Assembly: GCA_040390045.1 (NCBI GenBank)
Contig: JAZJZC010000001.1
Coordinates: forward strand, 254,318 to 318,317
DNA: 64,000 nucleotides
Direction of reading: 5' to 3'
Source of the DNA: Patescibacteria group bacterium
GTDB lineage: Bacteria > Patescibacteriota > Minisyncoccia > Phycocordibacterales > SIBU01
Of this stretch, positions 38,870 through 47,771 are shown piece by piece. Under the pieces are notes generated by a model. That model did not search any database. It had not been told where the DNA came from and was given only the letters and a program-made list of their open reading frames with translations. Position numbers and translations under genes: made by a program. How positions within the stretch are numbered: position 1 is the stretch's first letter; each line of letters starts with the position of its first letter.

Positions 38870-39523
38870 TCAAACGACAGGTTCAAGAACGATCGCCTCG
38901 CGGAAGCCGACGCGAGGGTTGTCATCGGCAGCGTCACCCAATTTGATGTTCACCGCAAGGCCCAAATGATTTTCATACAAGGCGTGAACCACCGGGCCAC
39001 TCACTGGCAACAAATTTTTTGGAAACACCGTTGTAGTTTCTTGATCAAAAACCTCGGCCGTTACCCAATTCAAAAAGCAGCAGCCAATAACATATGCGCT
39101 GAGAGGAAGCGGCACGGTCTGCCGACCAGCAAGCCAGTGTAAGGCATACTTGGCGGGTAATCCCATTGTTCCCGCAGTTGGACATAGATCCCGTTGCACA
39201 ATGTAAAGTTTCGACCCGTTAGGTCTATCGTTCTCTCCGATATGTTCTTGAGCTTCATCGGAAACTCGAATATTGACCCCGGGAAAGTATCTCGCCTTTT
39301 CTAGGGTTTCCCAAACAGTAAGCCCCGGATCGTAGATGACCAAAACCTCCTTCCATGGAAGCCGCGCGGGAAGTTTGAATTTTTTCTGTACATCAAGTTG
39401 CGGTCCAAAATACTTGAGATCAACCCGCGCCATATGTGAAAACCACTTATGGCAATCCGTATCCTCAATCGCAAAGCCGGTAGGAACAACCGGCGCTGCC
39501 TGAACTCTTGTTTGTTCTGACAT
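38870..39523 (-). CDS. hypothetical protein
   Basis: ORF with moderately elevated GC; ATG at 39523 (ORF track begins at a GTG). Confidence 0.35.
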   Translation of the reverse strand: MSEQTRVQAAPVVPTGFAIEDTDCHKWFSHMARVDLKYFGPQLDVQKKFKLPARLPWKEVLVIYDPGLTVWETLEKARYFPGVNIRVSDEAQEHIGENDRPNGSKLYIVQRDLCPTAGTMGLPAKYALHWLAGRQTVPLPLSAYVIGCCFLNWVTAEVFDQETTTVFPKNLLPVSGPVVHALYENHLGLAVNIKLGDAADDNPRVGFREAIVLEPVV

Positions 39524-39669
39524 ATTTGAAGTACCTTTCACTGCTTTTTCTCTCCGATTTCTAACACATTTTTAGAAAAACACAAGGGGTCGTAATAATT
39601 TTCAGCCGGTGCTACAATGCTTTTTGCAGCCATTCTGCTGCAATTAACGCGTTCGGATGAAATTACTTT

Positions 39670-40731
39670 ATGGCAACATTTAACAAAAAAACTCTTCTCA
39701 TCTGTGGTGGTGCGGGCTTCATCGGCTCAAATTTCATCCACCACATTCTGAGCAACTACCCGACCGTTCGGCTCATCAATTTAGACAAGCTCACCTATTC
39801 CGGAAATCTCGACAACCTCGCCGACATTTCGAAAGACAAACGCTACACTTTTATCAAAGGCGACGTGGCTTCTGAAAAAACCATCAAAGCCATTTTCAAA
39901 AAATATTCTCCCGACTACATCATCAACTTCGCTGCGGAAACTCACGTCGATCGAAGCATTCACGTCGGTGCACTCGAATTTATCAAAACCAACATTCAAG
40001 GAGTGTTCAATATTTTGGAAGCTGTAAAGGAAAATAAAAATGTAACAAAATATCTCCAGGTTTCGACAGACGAAGTCTACGGTACGCTCGAGCTCGACTC
40101 AAAAAATAAATTTACCGAAACCACTGCCTTTGATCCCAACGTTCCCTACGCTGCGACTAAAGCCGGAGGCGATCTTTTATGCAATGCCTATCACACCACC
40201 TGGCATGTGCCGGTTGTCGTCACCCACTGCTCCAACAACTATGGCCCGTATCAATATCCAGAAAAATTAATTCCTTTTTTCACCGTACGAATGCTCGAGG
40301 GTAAAAAATTACCACTCTACGGCGATGGCAAAAATGTCCGCGATTGGATTTATGTACTCGATCATTGCCGCGCGCTTGAGCTTGCACTGCTTAATGGTGT
40401 GGCAGGTGAAGTCTATAACATCGGTGCTGATAATGAGTTATCTAATGTAGAAATTGCCACAATGATCGCTAAACAATTTGGCAAGACTACTGACGTGTTT
40501 GAATTTGTACCCGATCGGCCAGGACATGACAGACGCTACGCCATCGACTCGGCAAAAATTGAAAAGGAACTTGGTTGGAAGCCGACCTACTCTTTCGAGC
40601 GGGCATTTAAAGAAACAGTTGATTGGTACAAGAATCATTTACCGTGGATTAAAAAAATTCAAAAGAAAACTGGAGTTTTCAATCCGCACATTGATTTGTG
40701 GAAGAAACATGCAATTGGAAATAAAAAATAA
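39670..40731 (+). CDS. rfbB: dTDP-glucose 4,6-dehydratase
   Basis: LICGGAGFIGSNF, STDEVYG, YAATKAGGD, DRPGHDRRYAID are canonical RmlB motifs. Confidence 0.85.
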   Translation: MATFNKKTLLICGGAGFIGSNFIHHILSNYPTVRLINLDKLTYSGNLDNLADISKDKRYTFIKGDVASEKTIKAIFKKYSPDYIINFAAETHVDRSIHVGALEFIKTNIQGVFNILEAVKENKNVTKYLQVSTDEVYGTLELDSKNKFTETTAFDPNVPYAATKAGGDLLCNAYHTTWHVPVVVTHCSNNYGPYQYPEKLIPFFTVRMLEGKKLPLYGDGKNVRDWIYVLDHCRALELALLNGVAGEVYNIGADNELSNVEIATMIAKQFGKTTDVFEFVPDRPGHDRRYAIDSAKIEKELGWKPTYSFERAFKETVDWYKNHLPWIKKIQKKTGVFNPHIDLWKKHAIGNKK

Positions 40732-40735
40732 AAAA

Positions 40736-41470
40736 ATGACAAACAACACAAACATCAAGGGCGTAATTTTGGCAGGAGGTTTGGGAACAAGACTCTATCC
40801 GCTGACTAAAATTACCAACAAGCACCTCTTGCCAATCTACGACAAGCCGATGATTCTCTATGGGATTGAAACTTTAAAAAACTCTGACATAGAAGAAGTG
40901 ATGATTGTTTGTGGGCGCGAACATGCCGGACACTTTATGAATTTTCTCGGCTCAGGAAAAGAGTTCGGCGTTAAACTTTCCTACGCCATTCAAGATAAAA
41001 ACAACGGTGGTATTTCCGATGCCCTTATGTGCGCAGAGGATTTTGCTGACGGCGCAAGTGTGGCTGTGATTTTGGGTGATAATATTTTTGAAAATAATTT
41101 TTCTAAAGAAATCACCAACTTTAAAAGTGGCGCCATGGTTTTCCTCAAAAAAGTGGCTGACCCGCACCGATTCGGCGTAGCGGTATTTGATACAACCGGC
41201 AAAAAACTTTTGACCATCGAAGAAAAACCTAAAAACCCAAAATCTGATTTCGCCCAGACCGGTTTCTATATTTATGATGCCAATATTTTTTCCAACATTA
41301 AAAAAATTAAACCTTCGGCTCGTGGAGAACTGGAAATTACTGACGCCAACAATATGTATCTCGAACACGGTGAGCTTAATTTTGCGATTGTAAAAGGTTA
41401 CTGGCTCGACGCCGGAACATTTGATTCCCTACTTGAAGCCAGCACTGTAATCGCCTCGAAAAAGAAATAG
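40736..41470 (+). CDS. rfbA: glucose-1-phosphate thymidylyltransferase (short-form sugar nucleotidyltransferase)
   Basis: GVILAGGLGTRLYPLTKITNKHLLPIYDKPMI; ATG at 40736 right after the upstream stop. Confidence 0.7.
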   Translation: MTNNTNIKGVILAGGLGTRLYPLTKITNKHLLPIYDKPMILYGIETLKNSDIEEVMIVCGREHAGHFMNFLGSGKEFGVKLSYAIQDKNNGGISDALMCAEDFADGASVAVILGDNIFENNFSKEITNFKSGAMVFLKKVADPHRFGVAVFDTTGKKLLTIEEKPKNPKSDFAQTGFYIYDANIFSNIKKIKPSARGELEITDANNMYLEHGELNFAIVKGYWLDAGTFDSLLEASTVIASKKK

Positions 41471-41471
41471 C

Positions 41472-42308
41472 ATGAAAACGCTACCGAAAATTTTAATCAC
41501 CGGAAGTAACGGCATGGTTGGTTCATACATCGATTTTGGAATTAAAACTGATCGAGACACACTTGACGTTACCAATCTTGAAGCGGTGATGAGCGCGGTA
41601 CGGAAACACCAACCAAAAGTAATTTTGCATCTCGCCGCACTCACCGATCTCGACGTTGCGGAAAAAAATCCCACACTCGCCTATCACATAAACACTATCG
41701 GCACGTACAACATCGCGCTGGCCGCGCGCGAAGTAAAAGCTAAATTAGTGTACATTTCTTCAACTGGTGTTTTTGATGGAACCAAAAAAACTCCCTACAC
41801 TGAGAAGGACGTGCCAAATCCAAAAAATTATTACGGCCATTCAAAATTCGCAGGAGAATTGATTATTCAAAGCCTGCTGAAAGATTACATTATCGCTCGT
41901 GGCTGTTGGATGTTTGGCGGCGGACCAACGCTTGATAAAAAATTTATTTCCAAAATTGTAGCACAGCTAAAAAATCCTGAGACCAAAGAAATAAAAGCGC
42001 TAAATGATGTGCACGGATCCCCCACCTTCGGCAAAGATATTGTTGAAGCTTTGAAAAAATTGATTTTAAAAGATGCTACAGGAATTTTTCACCTGACAAA
42101 TGCTGGCAACTGTTCCAGATTCGATGTGGCCAAAATTATCGTGAAAGTCTTAAAACCATCCGTCAAAGTGATCGGAGTCACAGGAGACTATTTCAATCTT
42201 CCCGCCAAACGTGTCACCAATGAATCTGCGACCTCTCGAGTAAGCCTCTTACGCCCATGGCAAGAAGCTCTCGAAGAATATTTAAAAAGTGAGTGGAGTC
42301 CTCTGTAA
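41472..42308 (+). CDS. rfbD: dTDP-4-dehydrorhamnose reductase
   Basis: ILITGSNGMVGS, YGHSK (YxxxK), 278 aa, in an rfbB-rfbA-rfbD arrangement. Confidence 0.7.
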   Translation: MKTLPKILITGSNGMVGSYIDFGIKTDRDTLDVTNLEAVMSAVRKHQPKVILHLAALTDLDVAEKNPTLAYHINTIGTYNIALAAREVKAKLVYISSTGVFDGTKKTPYTEKDVPNPKNYYGHSKFAGELIIQSLLKDYIIARGCWMFGGGPTLDKKFISKIVAQLKNPETKEIKALNDVHGSPTFGKDIVEALKKLILKDATGIFHLTNAGNCSRFDVAKIIVKVLKPSVKVIGVTGDYFNLPAKRVTNESATSRVSLLRPWQEALEEYLKSEWSPL

Positions 42309-42310
42309 CC

Positions 42311-43540
42311 ATGGCTCACGTTATTACAAAAAAAATCTGCCGAATTTGTGGTGGGAGTAAACTAACCAGAGTCCTCGACCTCGGCGCGATGCCTCCGGCC
42401 AACGCTTTTCTTACTAAAAGCCAACTGCGAAAAAAGCAGGATAACTTCCCTTTAGCCATTTATTTTTGCCAAGACTGCACTCTCCTGCAACTGATTGATG
42501 TTGTTGATCCCGAAATTCTTTTTAAAGATTATCTGTACCAAACAAGCGCCAGCTCGCCACTGCTCATACATTTTAAAAAATTGGCACAAGAAATTCTGGA
42601 AAAACACATTGCTTCCAAAAATGATTTAGTGGTTGAAATCGGTAGCAACGATGGGAGTTTGTTAGAACATTTTAAAAATCGAGCACGAATTCTTGGCGTT
42701 GATCCTGCAGAAACGATGGTTACAATTGCCGGAGCAAAAGGCGTTCCAACACTCAGTGCTTTTTTTAACGAAGAAACCGCAAGAAAAATTATCGATTCTC
42801 ACGGCCACGCCAAAATTATTCTGGCCAACAATGTGCTCGCTCATATTGATGACTTGCACAGTGTTTTTGCGGGAATCGAAACCCTTCTCGACGCAGACGG
42901 AAAATTTATTTTCGAGGCTCACTGGGTTGGCAACCTCCTTGGAAAGGGCGGGTTTGATCAGATTTATCATGAACATCTTTGTTACTTTTCACTCCACGCC
43001 GTCAATCATCTTGCCAAAAAATTTGGCTTGAAAGTGCTTGATGTTGTTCTAGTTCCAATTCACGGCGAATCCCTGCGCGTCACTTTGGGAAAAGTTGGAA
43101 CTCCAAATGCTCGCGTTTCAGCCTTCATGAAAAAAGAAAAGAAGCTTGGCCTTGAAAAATTCGCGACGTACCAAAAATTTTCCCAAAAAGTGGCGAAAAA
43201 TAAAATAAAACTTTTGGCACTTCTAAAAAAATTAAAACAGGAGGACAAAAAAATTCTCGGCTACGGCGCGCCAGCTAAGGGCAACACCCTTTTAAATTTT
43301 CTTAAACTTGATCAAAACACCTTAGATTTTATTACCGACACGACGGCATCCAAACAAGGCTTGTACGCGCCCGGCACGCGAATTCCTATCATCGCTCCGG
43401 AAAATCTTACGAGCGCCAAACCAGATTATATTCTCTTACTTGCGTGGAACTACGCAGATGAAATTCTCAAAAAAGAAACGGCGCTCAGAAAATCTGGCGT
43501 GAAATTTATTATTCCTGTACCAGAAGTAAAAGTTGTTTGA
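42311..43540 (+). CDS. sugar C-methyltransferase (TcaB9-like) paralog 3
   Basis: CRICGG...CQDCT zinc ribbon, VVEIGSNDG SAM motif, C-terminal GYGAPAKG domain. Confidence 0.6.
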   Translation: MAHVITKKICRICGGSKLTRVLDLGAMPPANAFLTKSQLRKKQDNFPLAIYFCQDCTLLQLIDVVDPEILFKDYLYQTSASSPLLIHFKKLAQEILEKHIASKNDLVVEIGSNDGSLLEHFKNRARILGVDPAETMVTIAGAKGVPTLSAFFNEETARKIIDSHGHAKIILANNVLAHIDDLHSVFAGIETLLDADGKFIFEAHWVGNLLGKGGFDQIYHEHLCYFSLHAVNHLAKKFGLKVLDVVLVPIHGESLRVTLGKVGTPNARVSAFMKKEKKLGLEKFATYQKFSQKVAKNKIKLLALLKKLKQEDKKILGYGAPAKGNTLLNFLKLDQNTLDFITDTTASKQGLYAPGTRIPIIAPENLTSAKPDYILLLAWNYADEILKKETALRKSGVKFIIPVPEVKVV

Positions 43541-43543
43541 ATT

Positions 43544-44350
43544 TTATTTTCTCGGCAAACTCCAAAAACGCCGGCAGATATTGAGATGATAGACGTGCCT
43601 CTCCCACTCAAGTCGCCAGGGCAACCGAGTCCCTCGACAAAAAATTAAATTTCGAATATATCGAAAAAAGTAGAGCGCTGAAATTTTTGCATTTTCTAAA
43701 CACACGAGAAGCCAACCCCACAAAGAAATTTGTCCGCGACGAGTGGCCTCGAGTTCAATATAGTGATTCCATTTTTGTCGATGGAACATCGGGTCAGGAT
43801 TCATTGGCACAAGCATGTAATTTTCTAACTTCAGAACCGGCGAGCCGGATTTTACCTCAATGCGTTCGTGAATTGATTTAATGAAATGAGTAACCGCGCC
43901 TTTGTGAAAAAATCGCATTTGTTGAGTTGGGTACGTGGCGGCGCAATCAACAACCTCTCCCTGTAAAACATATTTTCGTGGAACCCAAAACGCGGCTGAT
44001 GGATGCCCCGTCGAAATAATAGTATTGATTTCAGTTTCCAATTTCGGCGTCATCAGCTCATCAGAGTCCAAGAAAAAAAACCACGAGTGACTGGCCGCCT
44101 CAAGCATTTGATTGCGGACACCAGAAAAATCTATAATTTTATTATTCGCATCCTTAAACTCTGATGCTTGAATGAGCACCTTCACGCCGTAGGCTCGAGC
44201 TAAAGACAGTGTTTCATCGGTTGAGCCGCCGTCACAAATAATTATTTCAGAAAAATTGGCAACCGAATCAAGCGCCTTCTGTAAACTTTCTCCGGAATTA
44301 AAGGTGAGAATTCCTACACTACACTGAATTTTGTTTCCGGTTTTATTCAT
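43544..44350 (-). CDS. GT2 family glycosyltransferase
   Basis: CSVGILTFNSGES...ICDGGSTDET...DSDE motifs; ATG 44350 overlaps the upstream stop (ATGAATAA). Confidence 0.6.
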   Translation of the reverse strand: MNKTGNKIQCSVGILTFNSGESLQKALDSVANFSEIIICDGGSTDETLSLARAYGVKVLIQASEFKDANNKIIDFSGVRNQMLEAASHSWFFFLDSDELMTPKLETEINTIISTGHPSAAFWVPRKYVLQGEVVDCAATYPTQQMRFFHKGAVTHFIKSIHERIEVKSGSPVLKLENYMLVPMNPDPMFHRQKWNHYIELEATRRGQISLWGWLLVCLENAKISALYFFRYIRNLIFCRGTRLPWRLEWERHVYHLNICRRFWSLPRK

Positions 44351-45446
44351 GCTTTTTAAATGACTCAATGTTGGAAATTATTTTAGAAACAAACGATTTT
44401 AAACTGTGATCTCTCTCAACAATCGCCCGCAATTTCAGACCAAGAGAAAATCGCTCTTCCGAACTCATTTTGGCTATACCCAGGATTTTGTCAGATAAAG
44501 CCTTAAAATCAGCCTTTGGATACATTAAATCGCCTACAAATGGCCCTAAAACGTCCTTAAATGCCTCATTACAGGTCAAAATGGGCAATCCCACAGCCAT
44601 AGCCTCCGGGACGACTTTATCGAGGCTGCCGGTATGTCCCATGTTAACGAAAAGATCATACTCGGAAAGCTTATATGGAAGGTCCACATTAGCAACTGCA
44701 CCCTTAAAATTGATGACGCCCGACAAATCCTTTTTAGCAACTTTTTCCTTTAGACGAGCTAAATATGCCTCGTCCAAAAAGGTTAATCTCGGTCCTATGA
44801 TGTCAACCGTAATTGGCGTAGAAATTTCTTGACGGACCTTTTCAATCGCCTCAATCAACGTATCGTAATCTTTCGATGGTGTGATTCTTCCTACTGTTAC
44901 AATCCGAAGTTCCTTTTGGTTTGTGTTCTGTGGTCTGTGTTCCGTGTTAAATTTCCCCGTGTCGATTCCCTGTCCGATCACCTTTACTTTTTTGCTTTTT
45001 AATCTGAACCCGCTCGTAGTCGATGTAAAAACAATATCCGTAAAAAACAAAGCCACTTTCAAATGCCAGGGCGTGCTTTTATGGGCGTACCAAAGCGTCA
45101 CAGTTTTACCAAAAAGTTTCCAAAAAATTCCTCCGAGAACAATGTATTCTGGATTCATGTGGACGAACACTGCGTCGTATTCATTTCTATTTTGTACGAT
45201 ATATCGTACAAAGCGCCACGAATACAGAAGTCGAGAAAAAGTTTTTAGTTTGTAGTTTGTAATTTTTAGCTTTTCTTTTCCCAAAGAAAAAACCTTTACA
45301 TTGTTCGGCAAATTAACTTCGCCTTTTTCAAGACAAATCGCCACCACGCTTTCTGCCTGTTTAGAAAACTCCGCAATCCAACCATGCATAAACCCGAGCA
45401 CCGCGTCTCGCTCATCAATTTTTTGGGTAACAATTAAAATCCGCAT
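44343..45446 (-). CDS. GT4 family glycosyltransferase
   Basis: GT-B with a C-terminal EAMAVGLPILT region; contains a 20-nt palindrome and a GTGGTCTGTGTTCCGTG repeat shared with 50606..51781. Confidence 0.65.
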   Translation of the reverse strand: MRILIVTQKIDERDAVLGFMHGWIAEFSKQAESVVAICLEKGEVNLPNNVKVFSLGKEKLKITNYKLKTFSRLLYSWRFVRYIVQNRNEYDAVFVHMNPEYIVLGGIFWKLFGKTVTLWYAHKSTPWHLKVALFFTDIVFTSTTSGFRLKSKKVKVIGQGIDTGKFNTEHRPQNTNQKELRIVTVGRITPSKDYDTLIEAIEKVRQEISTPITVDIIGPRLTFLDEAYLARLKEKVAKKDLSGVINFKGAVANVDLPYKLSEYDLFVNMGHTGSLDKVVPEAMAVGLPILTCNEAFKDVLGPFVGDLMYPKADFKALSDKILGIAKMSSEERFSLGLKLRAIVERDHSLKSFVSKIISNIESFKKHE

Positions 45447-45529
45447 ACTTCATTGTAACTTAGAAACCTCGTCGCGACTTACTTGCTAAAGTATATCATT
45501 CGTGTTATTGTTTTTTCAGTAAAAAAGGT

Positions 45530-46177
45530 TTGCGATCCAGCCAACCTGAAAGCGAAAGGGAGTTTGTGTTTGACACCTTATTGCAGTACCTCGTAAGCAA
45601 GTGGGGAGTCGAAAACGCGTTGCCTCCAGAGGCTCCGCCAATTGACTTCTTCATAGGAATTTCCTATGGCATGACCCGCACAAATCTTACAGTTGCCACC
45701 GAACGAATCACCCGTCTTACTGCGGAGATGGCGAGAGCGCAGCAAGCGCCAATTATCATTAGTTGCTGTGAATACTTATTTCGAGGCGCAGCATTTAGCG
45801 AGTGGCAACTGCGGCATCGAATTTTCGAAACCTTTCGTGTTCGATACTACCGAGCCGGTGACATGAATAATTCGATGCAGGAATCTCGGCAAATCCTCAA
45901 ATGCGTCTCCGAACATGGATTACCGACAAGACACATCGGCATCGTCACGGGAATTGGCCATTCTCGGTTCGTTAGTGAGCGGTACGGGAAACTTTTCCCG
46001 AACTCGAAAATCACGATTACCTGTGTTCCTTTCGACTCAGAATATCAACCGGATCACCCAGCCTGGATTCAGCGGGGACCGTGGAGGTGGCTCTTCGCTC
46101 ATGTTGCAAGGCAGATACTCTATCACGTGCGTGGCGAGAAAATGGCCGACATGCAACATTGGGTGCCAAAGGCATAA
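45530..46177 (+). CDS. DUF218/YdcF-like protein (GC-rich island paralog 3)
   Basis: IGIVTGIGHSRFVSERYGKLF motif; its N-terminus aligns with paralog 22268 (ENALPPEAPP vs TDALPPESHM); the ORF begins at a TTG (no ATG until codon 47), so the start is uncertain. Confidence 0.4.
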   Translation: MRSSQPESEREFVFDTLLQYLVSKWGVENALPPEAPPIDFFIGISYGMTRTNLTVATERITRLTAEMARAQQAPIIISCCEYLFRGAAFSEWQLRHRIFETFRVRYYRAGDMNNSMQESRQILKCVSEHGLPTRHIGIVTGIGHSRFVSERYGKLFPNSKITITCVPFDSEYQPDHPAWIQRGPWRWLFAHVARQILYHVRGEKMADMQHWVPKA

Positions 46178-46211
46178 TTATCCAAACTGAACTCTCGCAG
46201 TTCAGTTTTTT

Positions 46212-47771
46212 CTATATTTTTTTCTTGGCAATAACGTATAAATGACACGCCACAGCATCCGCTCCGGGCATCCAAAAAAACAGAAAATCAAAAAATTTAA
46301 ACGGGCCCATGAAAAGCATTAAGAAGTGTGTAATAAATGGCGCGGCTTTTTTAGAACCAAAAGATAAAATGACACCGAACCAATAAGCTTTAAACATAAG
46401 GAGCGCGCTAAAAGGACCGGAACGAACTCCTGTTTCAACAATTTCCATTTCTTTAAATAAGTGCCTGAGACCACTTGTCGTCCAACGATTAAAATCATCT
46501 GGCGAGGCATGATACGGGTGAATAAACGGCGCGCTTATATACAAGTAGCCTCCGGGTTTTAAAATACGAATCATTTCCGAAGCTACGACGTTTGGATCTG
46601 CCACGTGTTCGAGCACAGATTCCGACACAAGCGCGGGAATAGAATTGTCAGCAAAAGGTAGCGCAGAAGCATCAGCCACAATATCAACTTCAGGAAATGG
46701 AAAAATATCGATGTTGATAAATTCCTTACCGATTCTTTCAGGACCAGACCCGACGTCGAGAGTCAGAGTATTCTCGGGCAAATATTTTCTAATTTTCCTC
46801 GGGCCATTGACCAACATCAACACCGGGCAGAAAAAATGCCAGATCGCATAATACAAAAGCGGCCACTGTTTGAAAAAAGATTTCAGCCAGTTGATGCCAC
46901 TTTCATGCTCTTCTTTAAATTGCTCACGAGAAGTTTCTGAGATTAAAAATGGCCGACCAGAATTATCTACCGGATATTTTTTACCGTTTTGAGCAACCAA
47001 AAAATTACCTTCTTTTTTTAACGGCTGATGATCAACCGGATCAACAATCAACCTGAGTGTGTCCTTCGCCTGTTTAGCAGCTTCTTTTTTTAAATGTCCC
47101 AAACGATCTTTAATAATTAAAAGTATCGCTTCGATGCCGTCGCGATAGCGAATCTTCTTCCCTTCCCCAACACTTCTCGGAGCGTGAGAGATTGGAACTT
47201 CAAGTACGCGGAAACCAGCGCGAAGCGTTTGCACAATAAACGCAATGTCCCCTTCAAATCTTTTACCAGAATAAAATTGCTTGGCTCGAGCGGGGAAAAT
47301 TTTGTAGCAGGTCCAAACGTCGGTAAATCCGGCTCCGTAAAGTACATTTATCAATTTAGTCGTCACCCAAGTTCCCAAACGTTGCACATAAAACCCACGA
47401 CGCTTCACGTTGTGCAAATTGCGCGAACCGTAAACAATTGTGTTGTCATCCGTCGCAAATTTTAAAAGCTCTGGAATTTCCGCTGGATTGTACTCGAGAT
47501 CGGCATCTTGAATGATTAAAAAATCTCCAGTAGCAAGCGCCAACCCATCCTGAACAGAAGTTCCTTTGCCTTTGTTTTGCGCGTGACGAAAAATTTTTAG
47601 TTCCGAGGCGTTGGCGGTGAGAATGTCTGAAGTCTTGTCCGTTGACGCATCATCCACCGCCACCACTTCGATTTCCCAATCTGGAATACGGACGTTGAAA
47701 ACCCGCTTCAAAAGTTCGGGTAAGGTTTTCTCTTCGTTATAGATCGGAATTATGATTGAAAGCTTACGCAT
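46212..47771 (-). CDS. GT2 glycosyltransferase fused to a class I SAM methyltransferase domain and a C-terminal TM region
   Basis: N-terminal SIIIPIYNEE...VDDASTDKT...DADLEY is Dpm1-like GT2; the middle LTLDVGSGPERIG...ILKPGGYLYIS is Methyltransf_11-like; a hydrophobic C-terminus follows. Confidence 0.65.
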   Translation of the reverse strand: MRKLSIIIPIYNEEKTLPELLKRVFNVRIPDWEIEVVAVDDASTDKTSDILTANASELKIFRHAQNKGKGTSVQDGLALATGDFLIIQDADLEYNPAEIPELLKFATDDNTIVYGSRNLHNVKRRGFYVQRLGTWVTTKLINVLYGAGFTDVWTCYKIFPARAKQFYSGKRFEGDIAFIVQTLRAGFRVLEVPISHAPRSVGEGKKIRYRDGIEAILLIIKDRLGHLKKEAAKQAKDTLRLIVDPVDHQPLKKEGNFLVAQNGKKYPVDNSGRPFLISETSREQFKEEHESGINWLKSFFKQWPLLYYAIWHFFCPVLMLVNGPRKIRKYLPENTLTLDVGSGPERIGKEFINIDIFPFPEVDIVADASALPFADNSIPALVSESVLEHVADPNVVASEMIRILKPGGYLYISAPFIHPYHASPDDFNRWTTSGLRHLFKEMEIVETGVRSGPFSALLMFKAYWFGVILSFGSKKAAPFITHFLMLFMGPFKFFDFLFFWMPGADAVACHLYVIAKKKI

